A stretch of 28,491 nucleotides of DNA from a virus (Duplodnaviria > Caudoviricetes): the IMG/VR virus record IMGVR_UViG_3300017782_000145, positions 1-28,491 of that record, one strand, 5' to 3'. Below are positions 25,768-28,491 of this stretch, in pieces. The first letter of the stretch is position 1, and every line of letters begins with the position of its first letter. A program made the translations under genes and the position numbers. The notes beneath the pieces are model-generated. The model saw only the letters and a list, made by a program, of their open reading frames with translations, ran no database searches and was not told the DNA's origin.

Positions 25768-26204
25768 TGTCTAGCGTCAATAAAGTAATTCTCGTTGGCA
25801 ACCTAGGTCGCGACCCAGAAGTCCGCACGTTCCAAAACGGCGGCAAGGTCTGCAACTTGCGCGTTGCGACGTCTGAAACATGGAAGGATAAGGAAAGCGG
25901 CGAGCGCAAAGAACGCAGCGAGTGGCACAGCGTTGCCATTTTCTCGGAACCTCTTGCCCGCACCGCTGAGCAATACCTGCGCAAAGGGTCTAAGGTCTAT
26001 CTTGAGGGCCAGCTTGAAAATCGCAAATGGCAGGATCAGAGCGGCGCGGACCGATACAGCACCGAAGTTGTATTGCGGCCCTACGGGTCTAAGCTTGTTA
26101 TGCTAGATGGAAAGCCCCCAAGCGATGACATCCCGCGACAGCCACCGCAAGGTGGCGGCTATGGTGGCGGTTCTGGTGGCATTGACGACGAGATTCCGTT
26201 TTAA
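25767..26204 (+). CDS. ssb: Single-stranded DNA-binding protein
   Basis: [16 protein letters not shown]...[12 protein letters not shown]...DDEIPF. Confidence 0.98.
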   Translation: MSSVNKVILVGNLGRDPEVRTFQNGGKVCNLRVATSETWKDKESGERKERSEWHSVAIFSEPLARTAEQYLRKGSKVYLEGQLENRKWQDQSGADRYSTEVVLRPYGSKLVMLDGKPPSDDIPRQPPQGGGYGGGSGGIDDEIPF

Positions 26205-26218
26205 AAAAGGAAAAACCT

Positions 26219-27010
26219 ATGCAAATGAAAATCGAAACTGTTACACCAGATTTAGCAGCTGAGTGGCTGACAAATAATCCGCAAAACCGCAACATTCGCG
26301 CTTCGCACGTCAAACGGATCGCGCGCGACATGTTGTCGGGGCGCTGGCAACTTAATGGCGATACGATACGCTTTAATTGCGACGGATCATTAATTGATGG
26401 TCAGCATCGCCTTTCAGCCTGCGTTATGTCGGGCGTTTCCTTTCAGTCCATGATTGTTCGCGGGTTAGATAGCAACGTCCGAAAAACCATTGACGATGGA
26501 GCACGACGAACGCACGGCGACCGGCTGGCAATGACCGGCACAAAACACGCCACCACGGTTAGCGCAGCCCTTAAACTTATTACTTCACTCGCTCGTGGCG
26601 TTGCTAATTACCAATCAACCGCAACAGAATTAGACGATATACTTGCTAAAAATCCAGAGTTGCACGAATCAGCAGCCCTTGCTGGCAATGCAAAAAACAT
26701 TGGATCAAAAGCAACGATTTCTGCTTATCACTACATAATCAAGCGCGTGTATGACGAAGAGATGGCAGACGAATTCTTTCAAGTGTGGAAAACTTGCGTT
26801 CCGGCATATGAAAGCGATCCTGTCCATAAGTTTCGCACGCGCGATATGTCTTTGAGTGCCGCAGGGCGACCAATGCACCGCACAGAGTTCCATCGCTATC
26901 TTTGCCGCGCAATCGATGCATTCGCAGTGCGCCAACCTATCCAAACCTTAAGGATGAAAAGCCAACCCGGCGTTAAAGGCTGGGATATGAAGGCCCTAAT
27001 GGGCGAATGA
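26219..27010 (+). CDS. ParB/Srx-like DGQHR-domain protein
   Basis: TP..A.EWL..N..NR...DM..G.W...G..I.F...G.LIDGQHRL.A motif. Confidence 0.8.
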   Translation: MQMKIETVTPDLAAEWLTNNPQNRNIRASHVKRIARDMLSGRWQLNGDTIRFNCDGSLIDGQHRLSACVMSGVSFQSMIVRGLDSNVRKTIDDGARRTHGDRLAMTGTKHATTVSAALKLITSLARGVANYQSTATELDDILAKNPELHESAALAGNAKNIGSKATISAYHYIIKRVYDEEMADEFFQVWKTCVPAYESDPVHKFRTRDMSLSAAGRPMHRTEFHRYLCRAIDAFAVRQPIQTLRMKSQPGVKGWDMKALMGE

Positions 27011-27444
27011 ACCAAACCCGCACCATACGCCACGCCGAGGACTGGGTTAGCTTCTGCTCTTGGATGCAGGGGCACCCTAGCCCCTATCCTTTTCGGATAT
27101 GCCCTGGTGCGGGGCAGTCACTGTCTCAAAATGCATTAATTCATATGCATTTTGGTCAAATAGCAGCGCAGCGCGGTGACGTGTCTTTGCGAGACGTGAA
27201 AGGCGAAATGCACTATATGTTTGCACTTCCGATACGTCGCCAAGATGCACAGTTTTCTTGGATTTGGGAAAAGATTGGCGCGGATCAATGGCCTGACGAA
27301 AAGCAATGCAAGTTGCTCGCCAGTGGGCTTTTGAGCGTGTCAAGCGGCATGACACCGAAGCAGCTAAGCGCATATCAAGACGCGCTTTATCAACACGCAA
27401 CAGAGCAAGGCTGGTCCCTTGTGATACCGGACGAAGCGAAATGA
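27007..27444 (+). CDS. ninB: NinB-like recombination protein
   Basis: SLSQNALIH...QIA and SSGMTPKQLSAY...Y.HATEQG motifs. Confidence 0.7.
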   Translation: MNQTRTIRHAEDWVSFCSWMQGHPSPYPFRICPGAGQSLSQNALIHMHFGQIAAQRGDVSLRDVKGEMHYMFALPIRRQDAQFSWIWEKIGADQWPDEKQCKLLASGLLSVSSGMTPKQLSAYQDALYQHATEQGWSLVIPDEAK

Positions 27445-27815
27445 ACCTCACCGGGCGCCCGATATACCAGAAGACCCCGCGCACCCGCTCTAAGGGTTTG
27501 CACAGGGTAGCAGAGGGCAAGCGGGCAAGCTCAAACGATGCGATTATGCGCAGCGCTAAAGGCGAGGTGTGCTTGGCTGACTGGTGCGGCTGTGGCGGGT
27601 CAACAGAAACAACCGTTATTTGCCACGTTCGCAAGTTTGGCATTGGCGGAACGTCTTGCAAGCCACCCAACTGGCTAGGCTTTTATGGCTGTGCAGAAGC
27701 GCACCGGATTTTTGACAGCAACGGCCTCGAATGGTCATGGGAAGGGCTAATGCGGGCTGTGCTGCTCACTCAAATGAAGCTCTACCGCAAAGGGCTGATA
27801 ATCGAAACAAGCTAG
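27441..27815 (+). CDS. DUF1364 / YbcO-like nuclease-domain protein
   Basis: RSAKGEVC....C....ETTVICH...G...KP motif; start 27441 by ATGA overlap. Confidence 0.78.
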   Translation: MNLTGRPIYQKTPRTRSKGLHRVAEGKRASSNDAIMRSAKGEVCLADWCGCGGSTETTVICHVRKFGIGGTSCKPPNWLGFYGCAEAHRIFDSNGLEWSWEGLMRAVLLTQMKLYRKGLIIETS

Positions 27816-27842
27816 CCTGATTTATCTTAGATTAAGTCGGCT
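27814..27842. terminator. Imperfect hairpin between convergent operons
   Basis: AGCCTGATTTATCT / AGATTAAGTCGGCT inverted repeat with bulges; no good U tract. Confidence 0.35.
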
Positions 27843-27860
27843 CACGCATCTAAAGGCTTT

Positions 27861-28055
27861 CTATTCATCAATCAAATCCTTCAATACCGCGTATTCGCAC
27901 ATGACGCGGAACCGGCGAGGCGACCAACCTTTATTGATTGCAAAAGCCGCAAGTTCGCGGATCGCACCTCCAGCTTGGATGCAATCAAACATAAATGCTT
28001 TGTCGGCCTTGGAAGACTTGAGGGTCATTCTTGCGACTGCTTTTAATTGTACCAC
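27861..28055 (-). CDS. Hypothetical protein
   Basis: 64-aa ORF, last of the convergent cluster; the start could be the internal ATG. Confidence 0.55.
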   Translation of the reverse strand: MVQLKAVARMTLKSSKADKAFMFDCIQAGGAIRELAAFAINKGWSPRRFRVMCEYAVLKDLIDE

Positions 28056-28210
28056 TTATCTACATCCCTGAACGCATCTACTAAGTCGTGGTACCCAAGC
28101 CCTTTCAGGACCTCGCACAGGATATCATCGGCCTCAATATGCGCTACTTCTGGGTAATCATGGTCTTTCAGGGCTACCATGTGCTGAAGAGCTTCTTCTG
28201 GTTTAGTCAT
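28043..28210 (-). CDS. Small 55-aa phage protein (not in ORF track)
   Basis: MTKPEEALQHMVALKDHDYPEVAHIEADDILCEVLKGLGYHDLVDAFRDVDKWYN; AAGGA SD; the E.AH..AD..LC..L..LGY...KWY pattern is familiar from small phage proteins. Confidence 0.75.
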   Translation of the reverse strand: MTKPEEALQHMVALKDHDYPEVAHIEADDILCEVLKGLGYHDLVDAFRDVDKWYN

Positions 28211-28362
28211 AAGTCTTCGCTTCCTTTATGGCATTTGCACCGTTGAGTATCATTAAATGAACAATCTGGCTGATCGTGATCAATCAGAAGGTCCAATGCA
28301 AAAAGAACAACCAATAACACCGCTAGAATCGGCAAAGGTGGTGGTAATGGCAAATCATTCAT
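28207..28362 (-). CDS. Small 51-aa membrane protein (not in ORF track)
   Basis: MNDLPLPPPLPILAVLLVVLFALDLLIDHDQPDCSFNDTQRCKCHKGSEDL; overlaps both neighbours. Confidence 0.55.
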   Translation of the reverse strand: MNDLPLPPPLPILAVLLVVLFALDLLIDHDQPDCSFNDTQRCKCHKGSEDL

Positions 28363-28491
28363 CGCTTATATCGTCGTTTAATTGAGCCTGTTTGGTAATC
28401 GGGTGCGGTGGGAACGGCATCCAGAACTTAGGCTCGCAAAAGTCCTCCCAGTCGTCGTGCGCGTCATACCAGCGTCCATTTTTGTCTTGAA
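28355..28491 (-). CDS. 3' end of a DUF551-like protein (partial)
   Basis: ...GRWYDAHDDWEDFCEPKFWMPFPPHP...; resembles the P.HWMPLP.PP motif. Confidence 0.6.
   Translation of the reverse strand, partial: QDKNGRWYDAHDDWEDFCEPKFWMPFPPHPITKQAQLNDDISDE

Larger units (their letters stand above)
1..28491. mobile_element. Siphovirus-type phage genome segment (HK97-like head, lambdoid gene order)
   Basis: Contiguous terminase-portal-protease-capsid-tail-lysis and replication/recombination modules with overlapping starts and stops; no host genes, att site or integrase seen. Confidence 0.97.

Noticed and set aside
24184-27670. Minus-strand ORFs opposite the recombination operon (e.g. 27077-27670)
   Set aside because: Shadow frames over recognisable erf, ssb, ninB and DUF1364 genes.

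Overview
The whole window is a tailed dsDNA phage genome segment with HK97-type head genes and a long non-contractile (siphovirus) tail. Its gene styles resemble alphaproteobacterial (Rhodobacteraceae-like) phages, but the host is an inference. No host genes or att site are visible. The late region lies on the minus strand and runs 17.5 kb to 0: HNH, candidate cos, TerS, TerL, portal, protease, capsid, head-tail genes, tail tube, G/GT chaperones with a -1 frameshift, tape measure, tail tip, beta-helix tailspike and a holin-like gene. Upstream on the same strand is an early/middle operon: Cro-like repressor, exported protein, SNF2-like helicase plus N4/N6 DNA methyltransferase, lambda O/P-like replication pair with iterons, and a Q-position regulator. 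A divergent + strand operon encodes Erf, SSB, a ParB-like DGQHR protein, NinB and DUF1364, and it converges with a cluster of tiny minus-strand genes. Notable points: (1) a lambdoid layout with three operators and back-to-back promoters but no cI and no int/xis in their usual slots; (2) a structured anti-Shine-Dalgarno RNA element in each early operon; (3) a pR'/tR'-like late switch next to a non-Q protein; (4) an AT-richer helicase-methyltransferase cassette; (5) a signal-peptide-like N-terminus on the tail-tip protein. Family assignments come from motif recognition and synteny only; no searches were run.
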